This document shows, in pieces, positions 33,686 to 46,980 of a DNA stretch of 64,000 nucleotides. The position numbers and the translations under genes were made by a program. Under the pieces are notes generated by a model that was not told the origin of the DNA, ran no database searches, and saw only the letters and a list, made by a program, of their open reading frames with translations. The first letter of the stretch is position 1, and the number at the start of each line of letters is the position of its first letter. Source of the DNA: Macrostomum lignano (Eukaryota). The stretch covers positions 1,116,001 through 1,180,000 of the forward strand of contig NIVC01000038.1 of assembly GCA_002269645.1 (NCBI GenBank), in the 5' to 3' direction.

Positions 33686-35176
33686 CAACTCACAGTTATA
33701 ATAGCTAGCCGCTGTAGGTGACGTATCGAGGATAAGTGGTTGAGGTAAAAAAGTTGTGGTTTAAAGCAGGACCAGCACAAAGAGTTTTTGAAGAACGAAT
33801 TAACTTTCAGCCTCCAAGGCTTTTACTTTTCTCTCTTCAGTTCTTGTTCTTCTCTGTCAGTGTGCTAGTGAACTTTTTCGAACAAATTTGCATGGATACA
33901 ATAATTCAACAGAAAAAGTATTTGCTTCCTCATTGTCTGTCTATTTAATCAGTATTGAAGCCCGGGAAGAACGCAGAGACCGTTTTTAAAGCAAGTCTGT
34001 CTAAAACACAGATCTTAAAACTTTCATCGGTGGTCTCAGCTGGCCGCTGGATCGAAGATTTAATTTTGTGTTTCAACCATACTGTAAATGCATGTAAAAA
34101 AGAGTTCTCTTGAGAACGATTAGGGCACCATGCTTATAAAACCAACATTATTTCAAGACGCTTGTCAATTGACACTTTTTCGCTATTGACTTATGCGGTA
34201 GAAAACGCATGGTTTTTTAAGGCATTTATTAACAGTGAAACAAATCCTGTTTAAATTATTCAAAGAAAGTTTTCAAAAAGTAAATCGCTTCTAGCATAGA
34301 AAGTTTTAATTAAGTAGCATATTCTGAATATAAACATAAAAACTTCACTTGCTTGAAAATTTACTTCGGTTTTTAAATTTTACGTTTTTTTTCTAAGAAA
34401 ATATTTACCCCTTCACCCCCTTAATTTTCAATTTTCATAAGATACTTTTAGGTCTGACGTTGACGTAGGCTGGACCGCTGGAGATACCTGTATGGTATCC
34501 CCTAAAAATGAAGTTTCGAAAAGGGCGAAAACTAGACGCCCACGTACAGTTTGTAACCGACTATGTTGCTGTGTTGTCAATTGTTTATGTTTTCAACGAA
34601 ATTTGGTTAATACCTGGATAGGGGCTATGTAAGCCTATGTTAAACTTAAAATGAATTAAACTTACCGTTATAAGTTTAACTAAAAAAGCAACTTTACTTA
34701 TTTGTTCATGCATTCATATTTTTTTAATTATTAAAAGCAAGCTACGTTGGTGCATGCTAAAGCATTAGGAATGAATGAACATTAGTTAAATAGATTAGGC
34801 CTAACCACCTATGTTTCATTTTATGATATTATAGACATGGTATGAAGTTCATAGCTTCAAAGTTCAAAACTATATTATTTCTTTTACAGCTAACTTAGCT
34901 TAATTAAAAGCCTGCCTGGCAACTTATTAGGCTCATAAATTGGATACGTCATTCTACTCATAATGACACCAAAAAGGCATTTTTGGGGGTGCAATATGTT
35001 TCATCAAGCTGTTTTAGGGGGCAGCTGCCTTCCCCCTAAATCTGTCCCTGCTTTACACAATTTTGATTGAAATAGATTTACATTTTGTTGTAGGGCTACT
35101 TCTTATTATTCCTACCTTATAAATTTCCTAAAGCTGCCACCAAAATTGACACAAGGGTTAGGCCCTACTTCTGGGT

Positions 35177-35578
35177 GATCTTTCAGTTTGTGTTGCAAAA
35201 TTATTCGCTTGTTTATTTTAGTTTAAAATGGTGCATCAATGTAGTGAAAGTTGAAACATTAGAAAACAATATCTATGGCCAAAAGGGATATGAAATATAA
35301 GTAGACGAGTAATAGTAACAGTTAGAGGGGGGTTGAAAACAGAGGATCTGGTTACAGAGGATAATAATGTGACACCCAATACAGCACAGTGCCAACTGTT
35401 GCACTAGGGTATAGGCAGCACCATAGAAATTCCTCAGATAGCCAATGAAATCAGAATGTCTTTAACAAAGCTATTTTGCATCCCTTTTGGCCATAGACAT
35501 TATTTTCTAATATGTTATTACATTGTAGCACCAATTCAAACTTGAGAATAATATTGTGAAACAAACTGAAAGATTGCC
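35177..35578. repeat. imperfect inverted repeat with ~110-120 bp arms (35177-35297 and 35473-35578)
   Basis: ATCTTTCAGTTTGT pairs with ACAAACTGAAAGAT, and TCTATGGCCAAAAGGGAT pairs with ATCCCTTTTGGCCATAGA, in colinear inverted order. Confidence 0.8.
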
Positions 35579-35633
35579 TACTTCTGTCCCTGGCCTAATA
35601 TAATCTTACAAACTATCACCAAGTTGTCAGAGA

Positions 35634-36410
35634 TAGTGATGGACCAAATGTAGATTTTTGCAAGTTTCCAAAACCAAATCCGAATGTACAATAAAATTCT
35701 GGATCTGAATCTGAATATCTAAATGTGTTTCCAAATGTAGAAAAAAGTGAAAGGTAAATGGCAAGAGTAACTATGACACTTTTCAGTGGCAAAAATGTCT
35801 TGTCATCTAGTTAGTAATCATATTAGTGGTGTACATTAATTTATACTGACAAGATTCAATCTATCTCAGGATTCTTAGGCTTATAATACTATATCTATCT
35901 AGTGTCTAAATTAAATTGAACTTGGAATTGAACTTAATTCTAATGTATCTAATCTAACTAATTCCAATTACTAATACTAGAACTGGCATTATATTTATAT
36001 AATTTGATAACCTTAACATGTGCAATGCACATTCAAAAAGTTTGTTTTTTTGAAAAAGAACAATGCAATGATTACACTTGAACAATGATTACCTAAAATA
36101 TTTCTGTGACTTTAAGTTGAATGCCTTATAGGGCCCAAAGTTAAGTAACTTTACTTAATAACACTTTTTTAAAATATGTTATTGCAAAAATAGACAATTG
36201 TAAAAATGTACAATATGATTTTAAATTTAGTATAATCTTCATTTTTTAATTTACTTTCTTTTTTCAAAAGTTGTATTTCTTTTATGTTTGTATAATTTTG
36301 TTTTGTATTTTTTTTTCATATTTGGAAGCATAAAATAAAATTTCCAAATCTAAAACACTTGGATTTCTAAAAAAATGAGACTTTTAGATTCAGATTTGGA
36401 TCCATCACTA
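35634..36410. mobile_element. non-autonomous hAT-like element (777 bp)
   Basis: TIRs TAGTGATGGACCAAAT and ATTTGGATCCATCACTA. The flanks GTCAGAGA and GTCAGAAG look like a decayed 8-bp TSD. Confidence 0.75.
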
Positions 36411-38377
36411 GTCAGAAGGCTAAACTTCTCTTTAACTCTGTTAAGTTTCCAAAGTTATATTAATTAGTTCCTATAATACTTGTACTTTTACAGATGTTGT
36501 ACTTCTGGTAGCATATATATATCTACTAGTAGTGCATGTATTAATTTACTGGTAGCATATTTACATGTATTATACTTTTGGCCTAAGTAGTCTTATGGCA
36601 CTGTCTAATTCCCATCTATACTCTACATGTAAGTTTTTTTATACTCAGTCCTGGGCATTCCCAGGATCAGAGGGTCACAGCTTACTCACTGGGTATTCTG
36701 TCCTAAGGTGGGTTCTTCAAGCTCTGAGTTTGGATTACTCTATCCTATGGTAGAATTTCTGCCTTCTAAAGGCAATCTCAAAGTGCAATGACACACTTGG
36801 TGGCTCAACCCAGTACTTTGGGAGCTTTTAAATGCCTATATTATACTAGTCTTCAACTTAGTATTTGTAACAACTGGTTTACCAAGGATGCCTATGTAGT
36901 CAATGTAGCAATGAATAGGTCTCCCATGACTGTTATGTCCTTTGCTGATCCCAGATAGTGCCTTTATCCACTTCTTTATCAAATGGTACCATTTTGGCTT
37001 TTGGGATGCTTTAGACTTATTAGGATGCTTCCATTGCATGCTTTGAGCTTTGATCTTTAGCTTATATAACATTCACTATCATAATAGTCAAGAAACTCCT
37101 CTTGGCAGTTTGTATATCATTTTCTGTCTATGGTAACAACTAAGATCAATTTGAAAGAAGCCTTATGTAGAAAATTTAAGTATTGTCATAATTTTTAGGG
37201 CATATGCAAAACATTGGGTCCGCTAGTTGTTTAGGCCTTTAAAATCAAAATCAAATGTACAATTTTGAAATGTGCCAGAAAAATTGACACTGATTGTTGA
37301 AATGGGCAAAGGCGCATGTGGTTGACCTTTAGCTTGATGAACTATGTAGGTACCTACTGATTCCTTGATTGACATTATACCAGTAGGGCCCACATGCTTA
37401 ATGCACACTGTCAATGTACTAGCGTCAATGGACAGGGCTTTGGACATAGTTCTAAAGTTGGTGTCTCTCCTAATCCTTGAGTCTCATTCTACACTTTCTG
37501 GGTTCTTGTGACCAGTGCTGGAATGTCAAGAATCTCTTCTGACTCAATCTTGTCTGCCAATTCCTTACTCAATTCCTCCAAATACTGGCTGTTTGACTCC
37601 ACTGAAATCCAGGCTAGCTCTTTGATTGACATACCAAATAGAACTTCTCCAGGCAAATTTGAATAATTGATTAATTGATTGATCTTTTTTGAAGTGTGGT
37701 AAGACCATGCTAACAAATTAAAATTTATCCTGACATTATTTTTCCTTTTACAGTGAATCTAGGCCCATAAATACCTATGCCTATATGTCTATGGTCCTAA
37801 ATTGACAAATGAGGAGAAAGAATGGCCATAGACACTTAAAACTTCTTGTATGTTACAACAGAGCCTGGAATTTTTTACATTAATGTCATTTTCTCACATG
37901 ACAATGTAATGCTGTTTATAGCAAAAATAAATGTTAATGTTAAAGTGACAGGACTTTTTATTGCCTTTGTACTTTTTAATTATGATGAAACACTACTAGT
38001 TAAATTAAGTTCTGTTTGTTTGAGCATCAACAATAGATCTATAAGTAAAGTATACTGATATACTGATTATGAACTGAATTACAACATGAACTTTTATTTA
38101 AAGATTTTTTGTATCTCAAAACTTAGAGTTTGTAACTATTAACTAGATATAATAAATCCTGAGAAAATTTTTAGAACAAATTTTAGTTTTTGTTTTGGTT
38201 AATTTTTTAGGAGTAGCCTATGTAAGTGTCGAATCCTGTGTTTGAATGTCTTAAATGAACAGATATGCACGGGCATTTATAATGCAATGACAAAAAGGCT
38301 CCAGTGTGATCAATGTACTGACTATCATCAACCCTTTCGCAGCCAGCTCTCACCTCACAATTCATCTCCAAGTCACC

Positions 38378-41080
38378 ATGGTTTTGTCTCAACGACAGAG
38401 AGAAGAACTGAACAAAGCCATAGCCGATTACCTGAAATCGCAGGGCTATACAAAAACATTTGAACAGTTCAAAGAAGAATCCGAACTGCAAGGCGAAATT
38501 GACAAAAAGTATGAGGACCTGCTGCAAAAGAAATGGACATCAGTGATTCGTTTGCAAAAGAAGGTGCACGATTTAGAAAAGAAATTATCGGAGGCTGAGA
38601 GCGAAATTAACGTTGGTGCGCCATCGAGGGATAAACGATCCCCTACTGAGTGGATCCCGAGGCCGCCGGCGAAGTATGAGTTCCCGGGTCACCGGGGCCC
38701 AGTCACCTGCGTGAAATTCCACCCGATCTATGCTCAGATGGTCTCAGCCAGTGAGGATGCCACTATCAAGGTGTGGGATTATGAATCTGGCGAGTTTGAG
38801 CGCACGATGAAGGGCCACACTAACTCTGTGCAAGACTTGGCTTTCGATGCTTCAGGCAAACTTTTGGCCTCTTGTTCTCACGATTTGCAAGTCAAATTGT
38901 GGGATTTCACTACTTACGAGTGCTTGAAGACACTGTCTGGTCACGATCACAACGTGTCTTCGGTGCATTTCACACCGTCTGGGGATTTCCTGGTGTCTGC
39001 CGGGAGAGATCAGCTGATTAAGGTGAGTTTCAGTGAATGTGTAGCTTCAGGCCTTCAGGCTCGAGTGAATGTGTAGCTTCAGGCCTTCAGTTTCCAGTGA
39101 ATTTGTTGCTTCAGGCCTTCAGTTTTCAGTGAATTTGTAGCTTCAGGCCTTCAGTTTCCAGTGAATGTGTAGCTTCAGGCCTTCAGTTTCCAGTGAATGT
39201 GTAGCTTCAGGCCTTCAGGTTCGAGTGAATGTGTAGCTTCGGGCCTTCAGGCTCGAGTGAATGTGTAGCTTCAGGCCTTCAGGTTCGAGTGAATCTGTAG
39301 CTTCAGGCCTTCAGTTTCCAGTGAATTTGTAGCTTCAGGCCTTCAGTTTTCAGTGAATTTGTAGCTTCAGGCCTTCAGGTTCGAGTGAATGTGTAGCTTC
39401 AGGCCTTCAGTTTCCAGTGAATGTGTAGCTTCAGGCCTTCAGGTTCGAGTGAATGTGTAGCTTCGGGCCTTCAGGCTCGAGTGAATGTGTAGCTTCAGGC
39501 CTTCAGGTTCGAGTGAATCTGTAGCTTCAGGCCTTCAGGTTCGAGTGAATCTGTAGCTTCAGGCCTTCAGGTTCCAGTGAATGTGTAGCTTCAGGCCTTC
39601 AGGTTCGAGTGAATCTGTAGCTTCAGGCCTTCAGGTTCGAGTGAATCTGTAGCTTCAGGCCTTCAGGTTCCAGTGAATGTGTAGCTTCAAGCCTTCAGGT
39701 TCGAGTGAAGTTGTAGCTTCAGGCCTTCAGTTTCAGTTCTTCATTGCGCAGATCATTACATATTTTCAGGTGTTCATATTGCAGAGGTCAGTAGCTGTAA
39801 CAGTATTCATTTTAATGTGTATTCTTAAAATGCTTCACTTGCAGGTGTGGGAGGTGTCCACCGGCTACTGCGTGAAGACCCTGGCCGGACACCAGCAGTG
39901 GGTACGAATGGTTCGAGTGTCCCCAGACGGCACTTTAATCGCCTCGTGCTCAAACGATCACTCAGTCCGCGTGTGGCTTGTAGCAACCAAGGAGTGCAAA
40001 GCGGACCTGCGCGAACACGAGAATGTTGTTGAGGCCGTAGCCTGGGCGCCAGACAATGCCAAGGAGGCCGTCTGTCAGGCTGCTGGAGGCGATGCTAACA
40101 AAAGGCCTGGGCCCTACCTAGTTAGCGCTGGCAGGTAACTGCATTGTGGAATAGCCCGCATTTCTCGCTGAGGTTCAGGTTGTCTCAGTGTGCTCAGGAG
40201 TCTGTCTCAGGGGTATTTCTCAGTGTGCTTTGCAGAGTCTGTCTCAGGGGTATTTCTCAGTGTGCTTTGCAGAGTCTGTCTCAGGGGTATTTCTCAGTGT
40301 GCTGTGGAGTGAGTCTGTCTCAGGGGTATTTCTCAGTGTGCTTTGCAGAGTCTGTCTCAGGGGTATTTCTCAGTGTGCTTTGCAGAGTCTGTCTCAGGGG
40401 TATTTCTCAGTGTGCTGTGGAGTGAGTCTGTCTCAGGGGTATTTCTCTGTGTGCTTTGCAGAGTCTGTCTCAGGGGTATTTCTCAGTGTGCTCTGGAATC
40501 TGTTTCAGGGGTATTTCTCAGTGTGCTCTGGAGTGTTTCAGGGGTATTTCTCAGTCTGCTCTAGAGCCTGTCTTATGGGTATTTCTCAGTGTGCTTTGCA
40601 GAGTGTCTTATGGCTATTTCTCAGTCTGCTCTAGAGCCTGTCTTATGGGTATTTCCTCGTTTGTCTTAAGGGTATTTTTCAGTCTGGTCTGGAGTCTGTC
40701 GTAGGGGTATTTCCCAATTTAATCGGTGCTGATTTGAGGTTCAAGGAAGAATTTCTCTAAATTCCAACCTTCTGACACCCGGTTCGCCCCGCAGAGACCG
40801 GGTGATCAAGTTCTGGGACACGAGCGCCCAGCTGTGCCTGTTCACCCTGGTTGGCCACGACAACTGGGTCCGGGCGGTGCTGTTCCACCCAGGCGGCAAG
40901 TACCTTGTCTCGTGCTCGGATGACAAAACCATCCGAGTGTGGGACCTGGCGAACAAAAGGAATACGAAAACCTTGGACGCGCACTCGCATTTTGTTACTA
41001 CAATTGACTTTCACAAGAAATCGCCATATTTGGTCAGCGGCTGCGTTGATCAAACTGTGAAGGTTTGGGAATGTCGCTGA
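38378..41080 (+). CDS. LIS1: LIS1 / PAFAH1B1 dynein regulator (LisH, coiled coil, 7 WD40), 406 aa, 3 exons
   Basis: Exons 38378-39022, 39845-40134 and 40795-41080, phase-compatible (1221 nt). Diagnostic [42 protein letters not shown] and the C-terminal [11 protein letters not shown]. Confidence 0.98.
39028..39735. repeat. 32-bp minisatellite filling LIS1 intron 1
   Basis: GTGAATGTGTAGCTTCAGGCCTTCAGGTTCGA, about 22 copies. Confidence 0.97.
40180..40705. repeat. 37-bp minisatellite filling LIS1 intron 2
   Basis: GAGTCTGTCTCAGGGGTATTTCTCAGTGTGCTTTGCA, about 13-14 copies. Confidence 0.95.
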
Positions 41081-41419
41081 CCTTTCGGCATCCAAGAGCG
41101 GCGCCGTGTGTCAGCTTTACTGATGATGATGATGCACGCATTATCGATAACTGGTAGAATTTCAGCCTATTATATTTATTTATTATTGCTACTACTACTA
41201 CTATTACTAAATATTATTTATTTATTGTTTGTCTATTTTGCTTAATTTGCTTCATTGCCGCCTGTTGCTATTGTGAAATATGAAATTATCTCTTATTTAT
41301 ATATATTCTTATGGTGTAATTGTATATGGAATATATTGTAATCAGTTTTTACTTGCTCATTATATTGTAATTTGACTGATTGTAGTGTAAATCTAATTGC
41401 CCTTATCCTTTAGGATAAG

Positions 41420-42020
41420 TCCCCCTTACCCTTGTCTATCGAGGGTTCAAAGTCCCCCTTACCTCAGTCCTTCATCCGGGGTCAAAGCCCCCCTTGCCCC
41501 AGTAATTCATCGGGAATCAAAGCCCCCCTTACCCCAGTTCTTCATCGGGGGGTCAAAGTCCCCCTTGCCCCAGTCCTTCAATGGGGGTCAAAGCCCCCCT
41601 TACCCCAGTTCTTCATCGGGGGGTCAAAGTCCCCCTTGCCCCAGTCCTTCAATGGGGGTCAAAGCCCCCTTACCCCAGTTCTTCATCGGGGGGTCAAAGT
41701 CCCCCTTGCCCCAGTCCTTCAATGGGGGGTCAAAATCCCCCTTACCCAGTCCTTCAATGGGGGGTCAAAATCCCCCTTACCCAGTTCTTCATCAGGGGGT
41801 CAAAGTCCCCCTTACCCCAGTTCTTCATCGGGGGGTCAAAATCCCCTTATCCCAGTTGTTCATCGGGGGGTCAAAGTCCCCCTTACCCCAGTTCTTCATC
41901 AGGGGGTCAAAGTCCCCCTTATCCCAGTTGTTCATCGGGGGGTCAAAGTCCCCCTTACCCCAGTTGTTCATCGGGGGGTCAAAGTCCCCCTTATCCCAGT
42001 TGTTCATCGGGGGTCAAAGT
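41420..42020. repeat. 36-bp minisatellite
   Basis: CCCAGTTCTTCATCGGGGGGTCAAAGTCCCCCTTAC, about 16 copies. Confidence 0.95.
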
Positions 42021-42724
42021 CCAGATCCTCTTTGTCGCTCAGAAATCTGTAAATTTGTTAAAACAAAGTTCAGCCAGTCAGTAGTACTGTATGCATATGA
42101 CTATTATATATTACTCCCGACTGGCAAATTATGATCAATTTATCAAGCTACGGTAGGTCGCTCTGCTTTCCTATTATGCCCGTGTAATCTATTTTTTTAA
42201 TTAATATAATAACTTCTATTCAAGCTTATATAAATATAATGTGTTGTGTGTGGCTTTCCTCGAATGTTCGTCTCAACTAAGGACATTAATCCCATAGTGG
42301 CCTGGATTATAGGGGTATTAGTTTCACAGATTACAAGTAAACTTTTCAACCTAAGGATTATATGGATTTTATATCGAAAATTTTCGATATAATATTCGAA
42401 ATATAATATTCGAGTCCTGTTTTCGTGAGTCCAGGACTCAGGCCTGTCTATTTACTCGAAATATTTCGCTTGTCATTTATGCGCAACTGCTAAATCGTTT
42501 GTCAATATTTTGAGTCGTCAGTTTTTACTGTGTAAGAACTGATTGACTTGATTTTGTGCTGCGTGCAACGTTAGATAGACAAGAAAAACATGCGTTTCTG
42601 TGATGATCCCCTGTTATTAATTATTCTATGACCTGTGTTCCCAGTTTAATTGCCTTTTTAGTGCAAAAGCTGCAAAATTCTTTACTTTGCTGTCTGTTTG
42701 CCTGTCTGTCTATCATCATCTTTA

Positions 42725-44190
42725 ATCCGTCTCTCTTCCCCTTTCACCTCTCTTCCTCTCTTCCCCTCTCTTCCCCTCTCTTCCTCTCTTCCCCTCTCTT
42801 CTCCTTTCTTCCCCTTTCTTCCCTCTCTTCCCATCTCTTCCCCTATCTTCCCCTTTCTTCCCTCCCTTCCCCTCTCTTCCCCTCTCTTCCCCTCTCTTCC
42901 CCTATCTTCCCTTATCTTCCCTCTCCCCTCTCTTCCCCTTTCACCTCTCTTCCCCTTTCTTCCTCTCTTCCCCTCTCTTCCCCTATCTTCCCTCTCTTCC
43001 CCTATCTTCCCTTATCTTCCCTCTCCCCTCTCTTCCCCTTTCGCCTCTCTTCCCCTTTCTTCCTCTCTTCCCTCTCTTCCCCTCTCTTCCCCTTTCTTCC
43101 CTCTCTTCCCCTCTCTTCCCCTATCTTCCCCTTTCTTCCCTCCCTTCCCCTCTCTTCCCCTCTCTTCCCCTCTCTTCCCCTATCTTCCCTTATCTTCCCT
43201 CTCCCCTCTCTTCCCCTTTCACCTCTCTTCCCCTTTCTTCCTCTCTTCCCTCTCTTCCCCTATCTTCCCTCTCTTCCCCTATCTTCCCTTATCTTCCCTC
43301 TCCCCTCTCTTCCCCTTTCGCCTCTCTTCCCCTTTCTTCCTCTCTTCCCTCTCTTCCCCTATCTTCCCTCTCTTCCCCTCTCTTCCCCTATCTTCCCTCT
43401 CTTCCCCTATCTTCCCTTATCTTCCCTCTCCCCTCTCTTCCCCTTTCGCCTTTCTTCCCCTTTCTTCCTCTCTTCCCTCTCTTCCCCTATCTTCCCTCTC
43501 TTCCCCTATCTTCCCTTATCTTCCCTCTCCCCTCTCTTCCCCTTTCACGTCTCTTCCCCTATCTTCCCCTCTTCCCCTCTCTTCCCCTCTCTTCCCCTCT
43601 TCCCCTCTCGTCCCTCTCTTCCCCTCTCTTCCCCTCTTCCCCTCTCGTCCCTCTCTTCCCCTCTCTTCCCCTCTTCCCCTCTCGTCCCTCTCTTCCCCTC
43701 TCTTCCCCTCTTCCCCTCTCTTCCCCTCTCTTCCCTTCTCTTCCCCTCTCTTCCCCTCTTCCCCTCTCGTCCCTCTCTTCCCCTCTCTTCCCCTCTTCCC
43801 CTCTCGTCCCTCTCTTCCCCTCTCTTCCCCTCTTCCCCTCTCGTCCCTCTCTTCCCCTCTCTTCCCCTCTTCCCTCTCTTCCCTCTCTTCCCCTCTCTTC
43901 CCCTCTTCCCCTCTCGTCCCTCTCTTCCCCTCTTCCCCTCTCTTCCCCTCTTCCCCTCTCTTCCCCTCTTCCCCTCTCGTCCCTCTCTTCCCCTCTCTTC
44001 CCCTCTTCCTCTCTCGTCCCTCTCTTCCCCTCTCTTCCCCTCTTCCCCTCTCGTCCGTCTCTTTCCCTCTCTTCCCCTCTTCCCCTCTCTTACCTCTCTT
44101 CCTCTCTTCCCTCTCTTCCTCTCTTACCTCTCTTCCTCTCTTCCCCTTTCTTCCTCTCTTCCCCTCTCCCCTGTTCCTCTCCCCTCCCAA
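42725..44190. repeat. about 1.45-kb polypyrimidine/polypurine satellite (CTCTTCCC-based)
   Basis: Almost exclusively C/T on the + strand, with higher-order repeats. Confidence 0.98.
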
Positions 44191-45109
44191 TGCTACCCTC
44201 AGCACTCAATGTCCATTCAAAATCCTCTCCTACATGTAGCAGCTGCGCATTTGAACGCAGCCCGCAACCCGAATTTGTTTATTTATTTATATTTATTAAT
44301 CTCCTTGGCGTGTCCAATGCGCTGGGGCGGGGGCGTTGTGCTGACTTTGCTTGACAAATGCTTTAAATGACTTATTGTTATTTTTAATATTATTATTAAT
44401 TATAAACTTCAGTGTTGGTAAATAAATGTCAACAATTTCTTATAGGCTGTTCCTGCCTTCCTGGCGTCTGCCCATGCCCTGTTTTGCTGCTTCCACTCAA
44501 ACTGTTAATTGCTATATCTATATAAAATATGCCTATAAATCATATGATAGTAATAGTAGTAACTTTGGTGTAATTTTTTGCAATGTCTACAATTATTAAT
44601 AAATATATTATTAGTTAAATTTTGGAATTATTGCCATATATTTATATAATCTTTAAAGTTCACTAGGTCAGATGTAACTACTGCTACTACTGATGCTGTA
44701 AGTAGGATATGCGCGTGTTTATTGCTGAAAAAGTAAAATAGTATTTTGACTAATTAATTGTACTGAAGTACCGGTATGTACTGCCCTGGTTGGTACGATT
44801 GTTGATAATATACCAAAAAAGAGTAGCAATGTTCGGTGTTATTGCTAATTTACGAATATATTTTATATAAATAAAAATATGCATGATAGCTGCATGATGC
44901 TTCTCCCCGACACTGCGGGAGGTCTTGCTCTTGTGCAGCAGCCAGTAGCAAACTTTATAATACTAATTTAATAACTCTTATAGTTATTACTATTGAGATT
45001 GCGCTACTCTCGCTTCAGAATGTTAATTGCTTCTTCAATGAATTATGATCTTGCCAACGATTTAGTTATTTTGCGCAAGCAGTCTATTGTAATCTTTAGT
45101 TGGTGACAT

Positions 45110-45935
45110 AGATTAGCAATCCATTAATACCCCTCATTAGTGAGATGGATTAGCAATCCATTCTAATCCTTCATTAGTGAGATAGATTAGCAATCCATTA
45201 ATACCCTTCATTAGTGAGATCGATTAGCAATCCATTCTAATCCTTCATTAGTGAGATAGATTAGCAATCCATTAATACCCCTCGTTAGTGAGATGGATTA
45301 GCAATCCATTTTAATCCTTCATTAGTGAGATAGATTAGCAATCCATTAATACCCTTCATTAGTGAGATGGATTAGCAATCCATTCCAATCCTTCATTAGT
45401 GAGATAGATTAGCTATCCATTAATACCCTTCATTAGTGAGATAGATTAGCAATCCATTAATACCCTTCATTATTGAGATAGATTAGTAATCCATTCTAGT
45501 TCTTCACTGGTGAGATAGATTAGCAATCCATTCTAGTCCTTCATTAGTGAGATAGATTAGCAATCCATTCTAGTTCTTCATTAGTGAGATAGATTAGCAA
45601 TCCATTCTAGTTCTTCATTAGTGAGATAGATTAGCAATCTATTCTAGTCCTTCATTAGTGAGATGGATTAGTAATCCATTCTAGTTCTTCATTCGTGAGA
45701 TAGATTAGCAATCCATTCTAGTTCTTCATTAGTGAGATAGATTAGCAATCTATTCTAGTCCTTCATTAGTGAGATGGATTAGTAATCCATTCTAGTTCTT
45801 AATTCGTGAGATAGATTAGCAATCCATTCTAGTCCTTCATTAGTGAGATGGATTAGTAATCCATTCTAGTTCTTCATTCGTGAGATAGATTAGCAATCCA
45901 TTCTAGTTCTTCATTCGTGAGATAGATTAGCAATT
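45110..45935. repeat. 37-bp minisatellite
   Basis: CATTAGTGAGATAGATTAGCAATCCATTCTAGTTCTT, about 22 copies. Confidence 0.97.
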
Positions 45936-46164
45936 GATTTTGTGTATTGTATACACAGTATCGAATATTTATATTAAATATACTTCATATCAGGTTTCTT
46001 CCTGCATCCTGCAAAGTGCATGGTGTCATGGACCTTGAGCAAAACAAGCCTGCCTGCTTTGTCTTGTGCAGATCAATATTCTTGTGAATCGTCACACCAA
46101 TATCGACCGACTGTCAGTGCGGTGCTTTAAGTTTTTATCTGGCGGAATCTGAGACACGGGCTCT

Positions 46165-46980
46165 GAGATATGGACATATTTAGGGGGTGAGATATGGACA
46201 TATTTAGGGGTGAGATATGGGCAGATTTAGGGTGAGAAATTGTTAGATTTAGGGTGAGATATGGACATATTTAGGGGTGAGATATGGACATATTTAGGGG
46301 TGAGATATGGACAGATTTAGGGGTGAAATATGGACATATTTAGAGGTGAGATATGGACAGATTTGGGGGTGAGATATGGACATATTTAGGGGTGAGATAT
46401 GGACAGATTTGGGGGTGAGATATGGACATATTTAGGGGTGAGATATGGACAGATTTAGAGGTGAGATATGGACAGATTTGGGGGTGAGATATGGACAGAT
46501 TGGGGGTGAGATATGAACATATTTAGGGGTGAAATATGGACATATTTAGGGGTCAGATATGGACAGATTTAGAGCTGAGAGATAATGAACAGATTTAGGG
46601 TGAGATATTGGCAGACCTTTGGTGAGATATGGACAGATTTCAGGGTGAGATATGGACCGATTTAGGGGCTGAGATATGGGCATATTTAGGGGTGAGATAT
46701 GGACCGATTTAAGGGCTGAGATATGGGCATATTTAGGGGTGAGATATGGACAGATTTAGGGGTGAGATATGGACATATTTAGGGGTGAGATATGGACAGA
46801 TTTGGGGGTGAGTTATGGACAGATTTAAGGGTGAGATATGGACACATTTTGGGGTGAGATATGGACAGATTTCAGGGTGAGATATGGACCGATTTAGGGG
46901 CTTAGATATGGGCATATTTAGGGGTGAGATATGGACCGATTTAAGGGCTGAGATATGGGCAGATTTAGGGGTGAGAAATC
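46165..46980. repeat. 23-bp minisatellite containing TTAGGG
   Basis: GAGATATGGACATATTTAGGGGT, about 35 copies. Confidence 0.97.

Noticed and set aside
36800-37900. Degraded transposase on the minus strand
   Set aside because: Short coding-like fragments are present, but I could not recognise a DDE or other family motif, so it is left uncalled.
41397-44370. Long Pro/Ser/Leu-rich and Arg/Glu/Gly-rich ORFs (245, 580, 513 and 229 aa)
   Set aside because: Translations of the 36-bp and CTCTTCCC satellites.
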